Shown: positions 1-11,158 of the stretch, one piece after another
Layout of the letters: every line of letters starts with the position of its first letter
Position numbering within the stretch: position 1 is the stretch's first letter
DNA from: a bacterium
GTDB taxonomy: Bacteria > Bacillota > Clostridia > Oscillospirales > CAG-272
NCBI GenBank assembly: GCA_963642885.1
Contig: CAVIJI010000008.1
Coordinates: forward strand, 14,873-78,872
Length of the DNA stretch: 64,000 nucleotides
Direction: 5' to 3'
Program-made: the position numbers and the translations under genes
Notes under the pieces: generated by a model
Databases searched by the model: none
What the model was told of the DNA's origin: nothing
What the model saw: only the letters and a program-made list of their open reading frames with translations

Positions 1-1625
<1,625 letters not shown>

Positions 1626-1669
1626 TTAAATTTTAAACTTTATTATATATTGTATCGGCTGGTTTTGTA

Positions 1670-2407
1670 TCAGTTCGCAACCTTAACGGTAGCGTATCTG
1701 ATAACCTTTTCGCCGTATTTATAGCCTTGCTGGAATACCTCTACGATTTCGCCCTCGCCGAGCGACTCATCATCGATATGCATCACCGCATTGTGAAGTG
1801 CGGGATCGAATGTTTCACCCGATTCACCGAACGGCTTAATGCCGAGCTTGTCGAGTGTGTCGGGAAGCTTTGACAAAATAAGCTCAAGACCTTCCGCAAG
1901 CTTTTCACTGTCGCCGGAAGAATATTTCGCGGCGTACTGCAGATTATCTATTATCGGCAAAAGCCCTGTAAGTGTATCCGTAACGGCATCACCGTAAATG
2001 TTTTTTCTCTCATTCTGCGTACGCTTTCTGAAATTGTCATACTCCGCGGCAAGTCTGAGATATTTATCGTTTTGCTCATCGAGCTTTTTCTTTGACTCTT
2101 CGAGATTTTTGTTAGCGGAATCAAGCTCCGTTCTTAATCTTTTAAGTTCCTTTTTTTCTTTTTTATCTGTTTTTTCCTCTGCTTCGCAGGCATCGGCTTT
2201 TATTTCTTTTTCTTCATCCGATCCGACTGTTTTCTCGGATTTTTCATTTTCACCGACTGTTGTATCACACTCTTTTGTATCGGTATTAACCTCTTTATCG
2301 GTATTGTTCTTGATTTCTTCTGTCATTATATCTTCCGAACACACTTTATTTTCGGTATGAGTGCGTCGGTCGGCTCCTTTCTTTAATCTGATCATCGCTT
2401 TCATCAC
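1670..2407 (-). CDS. grpE: Nucleotide exchange factor GrpE
   Basis: 245-aa ORF with an acidic/Lys-rich N-terminus and a GrpE-like C-terminal half (LPIIDNLQYA...HNAVMHIDDE...VIRYATVKVAN). Position between hrcA and dnaK fits. Start uncertain: ATG 2407, or ATG 2326 with GGAAG upstream. Confidence 0.9.
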   Translation of the reverse strand: MMKAMIRLKKGADRRTHTENKVCSEDIMTEEIKNNTDKEVNTDTKECDTTVGENEKSEKTVGSDEEKEIKADACEAEEKTDKKEKKELKRLRTELDSANKNLEESKKKLDEQNDKYLRLAAEYDNFRKRTQNERKNIYGDAVTDTLTGLLPIIDNLQYAAKYSSGDSEKLAEGLELILSKLPDTLDKLGIKPFGESGETFDPALHNAVMHIDDESLGEGEIVEVFQQGYKYGEKVIRYATVKVAN

Positions 2408-2414
2408 TTGTATG

Positions 2415-3503
2415 CTAATATTGTCCGCTGTCAGTCTGTCCCGGCTTTAAGCTGTTTTCGTGATTGTCATCTATCATGTCAGCCACACCGCTTGTCAAAC
2501 TGTCTATTGCGGCAATCACACGTCTGTAATTCATTCTGGTCGGTCCTATAACTCCGATAGCGCCGACTGTTTTACCGTCCTTGATTACGGGCTTGAAAAC
2601 CAATGTGGAATTGTCCATAACCTTTACGATATTTTCACGCCCTATATACACCTGCATGCCCTGTGCGCTTTTCGTTTCATCCGAAAGCACCTTCAGAAGA
2701 ATATCTTTCTTCTCGAATAAAGCAAGCATATCACGCAGTCTGTCCATATCGTAACATTCGGGATATGAAAGCAAGCGGTTTATTCCGTCGAATTTAATCT
2801 CACCACCGTCAAACGAGGTTATCGTTTCACATACCGTTTTAATCACAGGAGATACAAGATATTCGTACTCTCCCATTATTTTTTCCATTTCCATTAAGGC
2901 AGGCAATGTGATTTCCGATGCCGTAATACCCGTTGCTTTGGCGTTCAAAACCGCGGCCAGCTTTTTTGTCGCATCAATCGGAATCAACTGATTGGAGTGT
3001 ATATACTTTGTTTTTATAACCCCTCCGATTACCATGATTAATACAGCTGTATAATCATCAAGCCGCATTATTTCGTATCTTTGAACCGTAACTCTTTGCT
3101 GCAGCGGTTTTATCGCAAATGAAGTATAGTTCGTCAGCTTTGACGCCAACCTCATTGCGGTATTCATAAGCGAATCAAGTTCGTTCTGACGTTGTCTGAG
3201 CGAATTTTTCAGTTCTTCGATTTCGTTTTGCGTGAAGTTATATCTGTCAATCAGCCAGTCTACGTAAAATCTGTATCCCGCTTCCGACGGTATTCTTCCG
3301 GATGATGTATGCGGCTGTTCAAGGTAGCCCAAACTTTCAAGCTCTGCCATTTCATTTCTTATGGTAGCAGATGAACAGTTAATCTGCTTATTCTGTGTCA
3401 GAGTTTTGCTTCCAACAGGCTCGCCGTTAGCAATATGTGAATCAATAATAGCTTTAAGGATAAGCTTTTTTCTTTCCCCAAGCTCATCTTTACCGCCATT
3501 CAT
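2415..3503 (-). CDS. hrcA: Heat-inducible transcription repressor HrcA
   Basis: 362 aa. N-terminal winged-helix region (LILKAIIDSHIANGEPVGSKTL...SSATIRNEMAELESLGYLEQPHTSSGRIP). First gene of the hrcA-grpE-dnaK arrangement. GGAGGTG RBS; CIRCE immediately upstream. Confidence 0.93.
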   Translation of the reverse strand: MNGGKDELGERKKLILKAIIDSHIANGEPVGSKTLTQNKQINCSSATIRNEMAELESLGYLEQPHTSSGRIPSEAGYRFYVDWLIDRYNFTQNEIEELKNSLRQRQNELDSLMNTAMRLASKLTNYTSFAIKPLQQRVTVQRYEIMRLDDYTAVLIMVIGGVIKTKYIHSNQLIPIDATKKLAAVLNAKATGITASEITLPALMEMEKIMGEYEYLVSPVIKTVCETITSFDGGEIKFDGINRLLSYPECYDMDRLRDMLALFEKKDILLKVLSDETKSAQGMQVYIGRENIVKVMDNSTLVFKPVIKDGKTVGAIGVIGPTRMNYRRVIAAIDSLTSGVADMIDDNHENSLKPGQTDSGQY

Positions 3504-3534
3504 TTCATCACCTCCGATCTTTTGCTTGAAACCT

Positions 3535-3561
3535 TAGCACTTTATGTACCCGAGTGCTAAT
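3535..3561 (-). promoter_or_regulatory. CIRCE operator (HrcA binding site)
   Basis: On the gene strand it reads TTAGCACTC-N9-AAGTGCTAA, against the consensus TTAGCACTC-N9-GAGTGCTAA. Located 32 nt upstream of the hrcA ATG. A plausible TTGAAA-17-TAAATT promoter lies just upstream. Confidence 0.9.
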
Positions 3562-3650
3562 TTCTGATATTAATTTACCATTTTCGAATTTTACTTTCAA
3601 CAGTATTTTATTGCTCATTTGTTAACTATTTGTTACCGTGTGCGTTTAAA

Positions 3651-3690
3651 AGAAAAAACGGCGGATAAATTTAGCATTCCGCCGTTTTGT
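3651..3690 (-). terminator. Rho-independent terminator after the 3715-4557 gene (hairpin flanked by A- and T-runs)
   Basis: AACGGCGGA (3657-3665) pairs with TCCGCCGTT (3678-3686). A-run on the plus strand gives a T-run on the minus strand. Confidence 0.7.
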
Positions 3691-3714
3691 TTGTTTATAA
3701 TGTCTATTCGTTTA

Positions 3715-4557
3715 TTATGATATTTTGGTGCGTCTTCCGGTACGGTACATTCCCAATGCACCTAATCCTACCGGCAGAAGCAACAGCTTTACGCTCTTTG
3801 TTCCCGTATTCGGAGACTTTCCGTCATCGGTTGTTTCAAGCGATTCTTCGTATTCATCATGTTCATAATCATCCGAATACGAATTTTCGGCATAAAAGCC
3901 TTTCTTTACCGTATAATTCACACCGTTTATCACACTGATATCGTTAATTGTAACATTGGCGTTTCGCACTACAAACCCGAGACTGCCGACCGAAACGAGC
4001 GTAACTTCACGATTTTCCAAGGTATACTCTTCACCGTTCATACCTATTACAATTTCATGAAGTATACCGCCTTCAAGCGGAATTTTCACATTTATCATTT
4101 CACCGCCCGATATAGCGGTTTTCACTTTCTCGGGAGGGTCGGTAAATCCGTCTACGGTACCGCCTGCTCTGAATATCAGTGTTGTGATATTTGTCGGTTC
4201 ATCGCCTCTGCAGGTCAGCATCACAGCCAGTCTCGCGTTGTCACTCAGTTTATCATCGAATTTAAACGAGAATTCTATCGTTCTCGTCTCGCTCACATAG
4301 AATGAAGGAAGAAGAATATACGTACGTTCCGAGTCATATGTTTCGATTTTCAATCCCTCATCGGAGGATTTTAACATACAGTTCTGTGAACCTGCAGTGC
4401 CTACCCTGATTCCGCATCTGTCTATAGCCAACCCATCTTCAAATGATTGATGGTACAATACTTCTCCGACATCAATCGTTTTGTCAATCGCACACACGGG
4501 AATCGAAAGCGCCAGCAAAAGTATGACAAAAAATATAAGAACAGATTTGCTACGCAT
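3715..4557 (-). CDS. Secreted cell-wall-anchored protein with (S/P)PXTG-type sorting signal; unknown beta-rich domain
   Basis: Start moved to ATG 4557, which has a GGAGGAG RBS. Signal peptide MRSKSVLIFFVILLLALSIPVCA. C-terminus is SPNTG, then hydrophobic LLLLPVGLGALGM, then the basic tail RTGRRTKIS. Confidence 0.75.
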   Translation of the reverse strand: MRSKSVLIFFVILLLALSIPVCAIDKTIDVGEVLYHQSFEDGLAIDRCGIRVGTAGSQNCMLKSSDEGLKIETYDSERTYILLPSFYVSETRTIEFSFKFDDKLSDNARLAVMLTCRGDEPTNITTLIFRAGGTVDGFTDPPEKVKTAISGGEMINVKIPLEGGILHEIVIGMNGEEYTLENREVTLVSVGSLGFVVRNANVTINDISVINGVNYTVKKGFYAENSYSDDYEHDEYEESLETTDDGKSPNTGTKSVKLLLLPVGLGALGMYRTGRRTKIS

Positions 4558-4730
4558 ATATTCTCCTCCTTTCTCAATTCGGAGTTGATCTTCGACTACC
4601 ACGTTTATTATACATTTTTATGCAAGTCAAGTCAAGGCTTTATTAAATTTTTCATTTTATTTTTTATAAATACAAGCTACAATATACTATCGACGCAGAT
4701 ACATATATAAGTTCACAGTACAAAACTTAC

Positions 4731-4765
4731 AAAAAAAATCCGCCACCTGAGCCAGATGACGGATT
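4731..4765 (-). terminator. Rho-independent terminator after the sugar ABC ATPase gene
   Basis: On the minus strand AATCCGTCATCTG / CAGGTGGCGGATT form a 13-bp stem (2 G-U pairs), followed by T8. Confidence 0.8.
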
Positions 4766-4779
4766 TGAAATTATTAAGA

Positions 4780-5892
4780 TTAGTGGATGATGTATCTTTC
4801 TGTATCCTTGTCGAAGAGGTGAACTCTGGACATATCGAAAGCAACATTGATGATATCGCCGGCTCTTGCTGTGGAACGAGCGGATACACGAGCGGTAAGG
4901 GATGTCTCTTCTGCAACGAGATAGAGATAGATTTCAGCGCCCATAAGCTCGGTAACTTCAACGTCTGTCTCGATAACGGAATCGGACATAGCTCTGATTG
5001 TAGCAGCGTCATCATGGATACATTCGGGACGAATACCTGCAACGATTTCTTTTCCGATGTAATCCTTGAGAACGGGATTGGAAGCTTTTTCTGCGGGGAG
5101 CTTAAGTGAGTTGGAACCGAATGTGATATAGAGATCCTCACCCTTCTTTTCGAGAACACAGTTAATGAAGTTCATCATAGGTGTTCCGATGAAGCCTGCA
5201 ACGAAGAGGTTAACAGGATAATCGTAAAGGTTCTGAGGTGTATCAACCTGCTGAATAAGACCATCCTTCATAACAACGATACGAGTAGCCATTGTCATAG
5301 CTTCTGTCTGGTCGTGTGTTACGTATACGAATGTTGTGCCGACTCTCTGGTGAATCTTTGTAAGCTCTGTTCTCATCGTTGCACGAAGCTTAGCATCGAG
5401 GTTTGAAAGAGGCTCGTCGAGAAGGAATACTTTAGGGTTACGAACGATTGCACGACCGAGTGCAACACGCTGCTTCTGACCACCGGAAAGAGCCTTCGGC
5501 TTTCTGTCGAGGAGGTGTGTAATGTCAAGAATACGAGCTGCTTCTTCAACACGACGCTTAATCTCTTCCTTCGGAGTTTTACGGAGCTTAAGACCGAATG
5601 CCATGTTGTCAAATACTGACATATGCGGATAAAGAGCGTAGTTCTGGAACACCATCGCGATGTCTCTGTCCTTAGGAGCTACGTCGTTAACGAGTTTATC
5701 ACCGATGAAGAGTTCGCCTTCCGTGATTTCTTCGAGGCCGGCAATCATACGAAGAGTAGTTGTTTTACCGCAACCTGAAGGACCTACGAGAATAAGGAAT
5801 TCCTTATCCTTAATCTCAAGGCAAAAGTCGGATACAGCTGTAACGCCGCCGGGATATTTCTTGTAAATGTGTTTAAGGGATAAGCTTGCCAT
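4780..5892 (-). CDS. msmX: Carbohydrate ABC transporter ATP-binding protein (MsmX/MalK/UgpC type)
   Basis: 370 aa. Walker A GPSGCGKTT, LSGGQ signature (LSGGQKQRVALGRA), Walker B FLLDEPLSNLD. C-terminal MalK-like regulatory domain. Not adjacent to any permease genes. Confidence 0.88.
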   Translation of the reverse strand: MASLSLKHIYKKYPGGVTAVSDFCLEIKDKEFLILVGPSGCGKTTTLRMIAGLEEITEGELFIGDKLVNDVAPKDRDIAMVFQNYALYPHMSVFDNMAFGLKLRKTPKEEIKRRVEEAARILDITHLLDRKPKALSGGQKQRVALGRAIVRNPKVFLLDEPLSNLDAKLRATMRTELTKIHQRVGTTFVYVTHDQTEAMTMATRIVVMKDGLIQQVDTPQNLYDYPVNLFVAGFIGTPMMNFINCVLEKKGEDLYITFGSNSLKLPAEKASNPVLKDYIGKEIVAGIRPECIHDDAATIRAMSDSVIETDVEVTELMGAEIYLYLVAEETSLTARVSARSTARAGDIINVAFDMSRVHLFDKDTERYIIH

Positions 5893-6116
5893 TATTTAAT
5901 CCTCCTTGGATAATTATCAAACAAATTCTAATTTAAGCTCGAGTATATTCCTTGCTTATTAACCTGCGTATATTGTATCAAAACTCAAGTGATTTTTAAA
6001 GAGTTTTTTTTACCGAAATTTTATTTAATAGTTTGTGCAATATGCATACCTCATACTTCTCAATCGGTATGCATCACGCCGCATGGAGTATCTTTAATTC
6101 TAATTTTATTAGAGTT

Positions 6117-8261
6117 CTATTCGTTTATTCCCTTTCGTGTCAATGAAATGCGCTTTCTCTTGACATCCACGCTTTTTACCGCCACCTTTATTATATCACC
6201 CACAGAATAAAGCTCCGACGGGTGTTTGATAAACCTATCGCTCATCTCGGAAATATGAAGCAGTCCGTCCTGATGAACTCCTATATCGACAAAGGCACCG
6301 AAATCTATTACGTTTCTGACCGTTCCCGTAAGCACCATGCCTTCACTCAGATCCTCCATGGTAAGTACACTGTTTCTTAATACGGGCGGCGGAAGAGTAT
6401 CTCGGATGTCACGTCCGGGTTTTTCGAGCTCGTCGAGTATATCCGAAAGTGTCAATTCTCCGATACCGAGCTCCGATGCAAGTTTCTCCTTTCCGTATTT
6501 TTGCACAGATTCTTTTAAATTTATACCTCCATACGCGTCTTCCTTTTTGTACCCGAATTTCGCGAGAAGCTTTTCGGCCGCTTTATACGATTCAGGATGC
6601 ACACCGGTATTATCGAATGCCTCATCTCCGCCCGGAATACGCAAAAATCCCGCTGCCTGTTCAAACGCCTTCGCACCGAAACGGGGCACTTTAAGAATCT
6701 CACGGCGAGTTTTGAATTCTCCGTTTTCCTCGCGATATTTTACAATATTCTTCGCAGAGGCGGTATTTATTCCCGAAATATACGATAGCAGCGAATACGA
6801 CGCGGTATTCACATCAACTCCCACTGAGTTCACACACGATTCAACAACACCTGTCAGCGCCTCGTCAAGTCTTACGGGCTTCATGTCATGCTGATATTGT
6901 CCGACTCCTATCGATTTTGGATCGATCTTTACAAGCTCCGCAAGAGGATCCTGAAGTCTTCTGGCAATAGACACCGCGCTTCGTTCCGTAACATCAAAGT
7001 CCGGAAACTCTTCCGCACCGAGTTCTGACGCGGAATAGACACTCGCCCCCGCTTCGGAAACAATTATATATTTTGTTTTTCCTCCGATTTCACCGAGCAA
7101 TTCCGCAATGAACATTTCACTCTCACCGGATGCCGTACCGTTTCCTATGGCCACGACATCAACCGAGTACTTCTCTATGAGACGGCGAACTGTTTTTTTT
7201 GATTCGTCGATGCGCTCATGCGGCTTTGTGGGATAAATAACGGCTGTCTCTGCAACGGCTCCTGTTTTTGTGACAACCGCAAGCTTGCATCCTGTTCTGT
7301 AGCCGGGGTCGTATCCCAAAACCGTTTTACCTTTAAGCGGTGCCTGCATAAGAAGATTCTTCAAATTAACGGAAAAGAGAGATATTGCACTCTCACTCGC
7401 CCTGTCGGTAAGCTCTGCTCTTATTTCCCTTTCGATAGACGGTGCGATAAGTCTGTCATAACCGTCGCTGACAGCCGATGCCATATACTGAAATGCGCCG
7501 CTTTTATAGTTCGTTATAATCTCCGCAAAAAGCGCGTTCAGTATAATATCACGGTCTATTTCTATACCGACAGAAAGTGACTCATCCTTTTCTCCGCGAT
7601 TCACCGCAAGGATTCTGTGCGGCGGTATTTTCGACAACGGTTCGGAATAATCACTGTATTGCTCGTATGTGTGATTTTCCTTAGTCATCTTCGAAACAAG
7701 CTTTCCGTGACGCATGGTAAGGTTTCTTATCATACGTCTGTATCCTGCATTGTCGCTCACTTCTTCCGCAATTATATCGCACGCCCCAGCCAACGCATCG
7801 GATACGGTTTTTACTTCATCGTTTATGTATTTTTCCGCTTCCTTTTCTATCGGTGTGGGGTATTCCTTTAATTGCTCCGAAATAAGCAATGCGAGCGGTT
7901 CAAGGCCGTGCTCACGTGCTGTTGATGCTCTTGTTTTTCTCTTCGGTCTGTACGGACGGTAAATATCGTCCACCTCGGTTACAGTTTCGGCATCATCTAT
8001 TGCCGCAACAAGCTCATCCGTAAGTTTACCTTGGTTATCAATCAAATTTTTTACTTCGTCCTTCCGTTTTTCCAGACTTCTGAGATATGTCAGTCTGTCC
8101 AACAGATTTCTGAGCACTCCGTCATCGAGTCCTCCCGTGACTTCTTTTCTGTAACGTGCGACAAAAGGAACGGTGTTGCCCGCATCAAGAAGCTCTACAG
8201 CCGAATTCAGCTTCTCGAGCGGTATTTTAAGTTCGCTTGCTATTTTTTCGTTTATATTCAT
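6117..8261 (-). CDS. tex: Tex-like transcription accessory protein (YqgF/HhH/S1 domains)
   Basis: 714 aa. N-terminus ...TVPFVARYRKEVTGGLDD. C-terminal S1 domain (GMVLTGTVRNVIDFGAFVDIGVHQDGLLHISE). Confidence 0.9.
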   Translation of the reverse strand: MNINEKIASELKIPLEKLNSAVELLDAGNTVPFVARYRKEVTGGLDDGVLRNLLDRLTYLRSLEKRKDEVKNLIDNQGKLTDELVAAIDDAETVTEVDDIYRPYRPKRKTRASTAREHGLEPLALLISEQLKEYPTPIEKEAEKYINDEVKTVSDALAGACDIIAEEVSDNAGYRRMIRNLTMRHGKLVSKMTKENHTYEQYSDYSEPLSKIPPHRILAVNRGEKDESLSVGIEIDRDIILNALFAEIITNYKSGAFQYMASAVSDGYDRLIAPSIEREIRAELTDRASESAISLFSVNLKNLLMQAPLKGKTVLGYDPGYRTGCKLAVVTKTGAVAETAVIYPTKPHERIDESKKTVRRLIEKYSVDVVAIGNGTASGESEMFIAELLGEIGGKTKYIIVSEAGASVYSASELGAEEFPDFDVTERSAVSIARRLQDPLAELVKIDPKSIGVGQYQHDMKPVRLDEALTGVVESCVNSVGVDVNTASYSLLSYISGINTASAKNIVKYREENGEFKTRREILKVPRFGAKAFEQAAGFLRIPGGDEAFDNTGVHPESYKAAEKLLAKFGYKKEDAYGGINLKESVQKYGKEKLASELGIGELTLSDILDELEKPGRDIRDTLPPPVLRNSVLTMEDLSEGMVLTGTVRNVIDFGAFVDIGVHQDGLLHISEMSDRFIKHPSELYSVGDIIKVAVKSVDVKRKRISLTRKGINE

Positions 8262-8280
8262 CCTATATTTCCTTCAATGA

Positions 8281-8979
8281 TTAATTGTAACTCGTAAGTG
8301 TGTTTTCCTCCTCTGAGGTCAACTCACGCCACTCGCCGTCAGCTAAAGACGGGTCAAGGCGTATGCCCGCAAACACGATTCTCTCTAATGTCAGAATTTC
8401 GGAACCGACGGCAAGAAACATGCGCTTAATCTGATGGTACTTACCTTCTGTTACGGTTATTTCTCCGCTTGAATCCGAATCGAGCACAACGGTGCATGGT
8501 TTTGACGTAAAATCCGACAGCTCTATTCCCGTTTCGAGCTTCTGCTTCTGTTTGTCGTTTATGGGATTACACGTAAAACGATATGTTTTTTCGCAATGTT
8601 TTTTCGGTGACAATAAATTGTGAGCGGTCTGACCGTCATTTGTTATAATCAATAACCCCGTTGTATCGATATCAAGTCTTCCGCACGGAAACATATCCAT
8701 ATGTGAAAATTCATTCGGAAGCAGCTTCATCACGGATTTCGGATCATCCTCGGTTGTACTCACATAATCCGTCGGTTTATTCAGCATTATGTAGCGAAAC
8801 TTCTTCCACGATACCGTTTTCGAATCCAGTGTGACACAAGCGGTATTTTCGTCTATTTTCACAGAAGGATCTTTCACTACAGAATCGTTTACCGTTACCC
8901 TTCCGCCTCTGACCGCACGCACCGCTTCGCTTCTCGTAAGAATTCCGCAGTCGCAGATATACTTGTCGAGTCTTGTCAT
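8281..8979 (-). CDS. RsuA/RluB-family rRNA pseudouridine synthase with S4 domain
   Basis: 232 aa. N-terminal S4 motif (RLDKYICDCGILTRSEAVRAVRGGRVTVND). Catalytic GRLDIDTTGLLIITNDG motif. Confidence 0.85.
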   Translation of the reverse strand: MTRLDKYICDCGILTRSEAVRAVRGGRVTVNDSVVKDPSVKIDENTACVTLDSKTVSWKKFRYIMLNKPTDYVSTTEDDPKSVMKLLPNEFSHMDMFPCGRLDIDTTGLLIITNDGQTAHNLLSPKKHCEKTYRFTCNPINDKQKQKLETGIELSDFTSKPCTVVLDSDSSGEITVTEGKYHQIKRMFLAVGSEILTLERIVFAGIRLDPSLADGEWRELTSEEENTLTSYN

Positions 8980-9225
8980 GATTAACCTCTTTCGCTATTC
9001 CGTATATACAATCACTGCCGCATCAAACCAACGTCAGCTTAAGAAAACGCCGATTTAAGGTTGATTTAATCAGTTCATCATTAATTATATCAAATTAATT
9101 GTTTTTTTGCAATAGTACTCTTTTCATGATACCCTATAACCGCACAGTGCTACATTGTTAACATTTGTTTAAAAATGGCATTTTCATATTGACACAAGCC
9201 GATTGTTATGATAACATAACAGAAA

Positions 9226-9345
9226 TACCCAGGGAGTAGATAGCGCATTCAGCGTGTCAAGTCAACACACCGACTCATTGCAGTCTGGCTTGCCTTAAAT
9301 AACGAGACTCGGGTACGGTGTGAGGCTGTACTTGTGTCTTTTTTT
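9226..9345 (+). promoter_or_regulatory. yybP-ykoY Mn2+ riboswitch with expression-platform terminator
   Basis: Conserved AGGGAGUAG (9231-9239) and GAGAC (9304-9308). P1 is ACCC (9227-9230) with GGGU (9311-9314). Terminator AGACTCGGGTAC (9305-9316) / GTACTTGTGTCT (9328-9339) plus T-run overlaps the P1 3' strand. Sits directly upstream of mntP. Confidence 0.8.
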
Positions 9346-9385
9346 ATGCCCACGCCAAAATATTATTTTTATCGGAGTGTAAAGT

Positions 9386-9955
9386 ATGGGACTGTTTGAA
9401 TTATTTCTGATTGCCGTCGGGCTTTCAATGGATGCTTTTGCTGTTTCGCTATGTAAAGGGCTTTCCACCAAGGATATAAGACCCAAGCATTTTCTGATTA
9501 TCGGACTTTGGTTCGGTGGTTTTCAGGCATTAATGCCGACAATCGGTTATTTGCTCGGTTCATCATTCGAGCAATACATCACCGCGGTTGATCACTGGAT
9601 CGTTTTCGTTTTGCTTGCGTTAATCGGAGCAAATATGATACGCGAGAGCTTCTCGAACGACACCGAAGGTGCCAACGATTCTTTCTCTTTCAAGACAATG
9701 CTTCTGCTCGCTTTGGCTACAAGTATCGATGCCCTTGCGGTCGGAATCACGTTTGCTCTTCTTCCCGATGTTAATATCGCCGCAGCCGTATCATTCATCG
9801 GTGCGACAACGTTCATTCTATCGGGAGTAGGTTTGAAAATCGGAAATCTATTCGGAATGCGCTACAAGCAAAAAGCCGAAATAGCGGGCGGTGTTATACT
9901 TATTCTCATAGGAATCAAGGTACTCCTCGAGCATCTCGGCGTTATTAATTTCTAA
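9386..9955 (+). CDS. mntP: Manganese efflux pump MntP
   Basis: 189-aa polytopic membrane protein. Duplicated DAFAV / DALAVG motifs ([24 protein letters not shown]) typical of MntP/YebN. Confidence 0.88.
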   Translation: MGLFELFLIAVGLSMDAFAVSLCKGLSTKDIRPKHFLIIGLWFGGFQALMPTIGYLLGSSFEQYITAVDHWIVFVLLALIGANMIRESFSNDTEGANDSFSFKTMLLLALATSIDALAVGITFALLPDVNIAAAVSFIGATTFILSGVGLKIGNLFGMRYKQKAEIAGGVILILIGIKVLLEHLGVINF

Positions 9956-10021
9956 ACCGACCTTCTTAAATCGAAATCAGATTACCACAATATAATAATA
10001 CCGCGAAAAGGAGATTATACA

Positions 10022-10885
10022 ATGAAATCAAAGGTTTATTTTTCTCGCGAAATCACACCGAAAAAAGTCTCTGAAATGTACGACTTGATTTGTGAGAATC
10101 TCAGCGGCAAAACAGCCGTAAAACTCCACAGCGGAGAAGTCGGAAACCAAAACTTCCTCGGCCCCGAATTTTGGAATGACGTAATCAAAAAGAACGGTGG
10201 AGTCGTTGTCGAGTGCAATACCGCGTATGAAGGCTCGCGAAACACTACCGAGAAGCATCTCGAAACACTCGAAAAACACGGTTGGAGCAAGTACTTTAAC
10301 GTGGACCTTCTCGACGGTGAGGGAGACGATATGATTCTCGATATTCCCGACGGAAAAATCATAAAAAAGAATTATGTCGGCTGCCATATCAAAAACTATG
10401 ATTCGCTTCTTGTTCTCTCACATTTCAAAGGCCACCCCATGGGTGGTTACGGCGGAGCTCTGAAGCAGCTTTCAATAGGCGTAGCCTCCTCATTCGGTAA
10501 AGCTTATATTCACGGTGCCGGAGATCCCGCAAAGCTTTGGACAGCGGAGCATGACTTATTCCTCGAATCAATGGCCGATGCCGCTTATTCCGTTGTCAAG
10601 TATTTCGGCGGCAAATCCGCGTATATAAACGTCATGAAGAACATGTCCGTTGACTGCGACTGCTGTGCCATAGCCGAAGATCCTTGTATGCCCGACATCG
10701 GAATTCTGGCGTCTGTAGACCCGATAGCAATCGATCAGGCTTGTATTGACCTTGTGTATTCCTCAGATGCTCCCGGAAAGGATCATCTCATCGAAAGAAT
10801 AGAAACCAGAAACGGCATTCACACAATCGAAGCCGCTTCGGCTCTCGGTTTCGGTTCCCGCGAGTATGAGCTCATCGAGCTTTAA
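10022..10885 (+). CDS. DUF362-family protein (putative Fe-S binding, function unknown)
   Basis: 287 aa. SHFKGHPMGGYGGALKQLSIG and Cys cluster SVDCDCCAIAEDPC, followed by DPIAIDQACIDLV, resemble DUF362 proteins. Assigned from memory of the family only. Confidence 0.6.
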   Translation: MKSKVYFSREITPKKVSEMYDLICENLSGKTAVKLHSGEVGNQNFLGPEFWNDVIKKNGGVVVECNTAYEGSRNTTEKHLETLEKHGWSKYFNVDLLDGEGDDMILDIPDGKIIKKNYVGCHIKNYDSLLVLSHFKGHPMGGYGGALKQLSIGVASSFGKAYIHGAGDPAKLWTAEHDLFLESMADAAYSVVKYFGGKSAYINVMKNMSVDCDCCAIAEDPCMPDIGILASVDPIAIDQACIDLVYSSDAPGKDHLIERIETRNGIHTIEAASALGFGSREYELIEL

Positions 10886-10968
10886 CACAGTAGCGTCAAA
10901 CGACTGTTGTTCATGAAAACAGTATAGTTTTGACTCCTCTTTTATTCGTTTTTTCTATCAATCTTCCA

Positions 10969-10997
10969 TTGACACGAAATTCGTTTTCTGATACAAT
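10969..10997 (+). promoter_or_regulatory. Sigma-A-type promoter of the pfl leader
   Basis: TTGACA (10969-10974), 17-nt spacer, TACAAT (10992-10997). Confidence 0.65.
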
Positions 10998-11003
10998 AAA
11001 TAC

Positions 11004-11132
11004 ATCATATGACTGACGGATGATGCGGAAACACCATATATTGTGCTTTGCATAATATGGAAGAACCGCGTGGAGTATGATTGTATATTAGCCGACCGTC
11101 TGGGCACCTTCGCTCGGACGTCGGCTTTTTTA
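11004..11132 (+). promoter_or_regulatory. ZTP riboswitch (pfl motif) with intrinsic terminator
   Basis: P1 is ATCATA (11004-11009) with TATGAT. UGACUG core is identical to the consensus. Pseudoknot GACGG (11015-11019) pairs with CCGTC (11096-11100). Conserved 3' CCGUCUGGGCA (11096-11106). Terminator AGCCGAC(C)GTC...GACGTCGGCT plus T6 (11090-11132). Confidence 0.85.
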
Positions 11133-11158
11133 GTTCTCGCAACAGAAAGGATACTGTG

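Noticed and set aside
6044-6072. GCATACC...GGTATGC inverted repeat downstream of tex, considered as a terminator or operator.
   Set aside because: A 7-bp stem with a 15-nt loop and no T-run on the relevant strand. The evidence is too weak.
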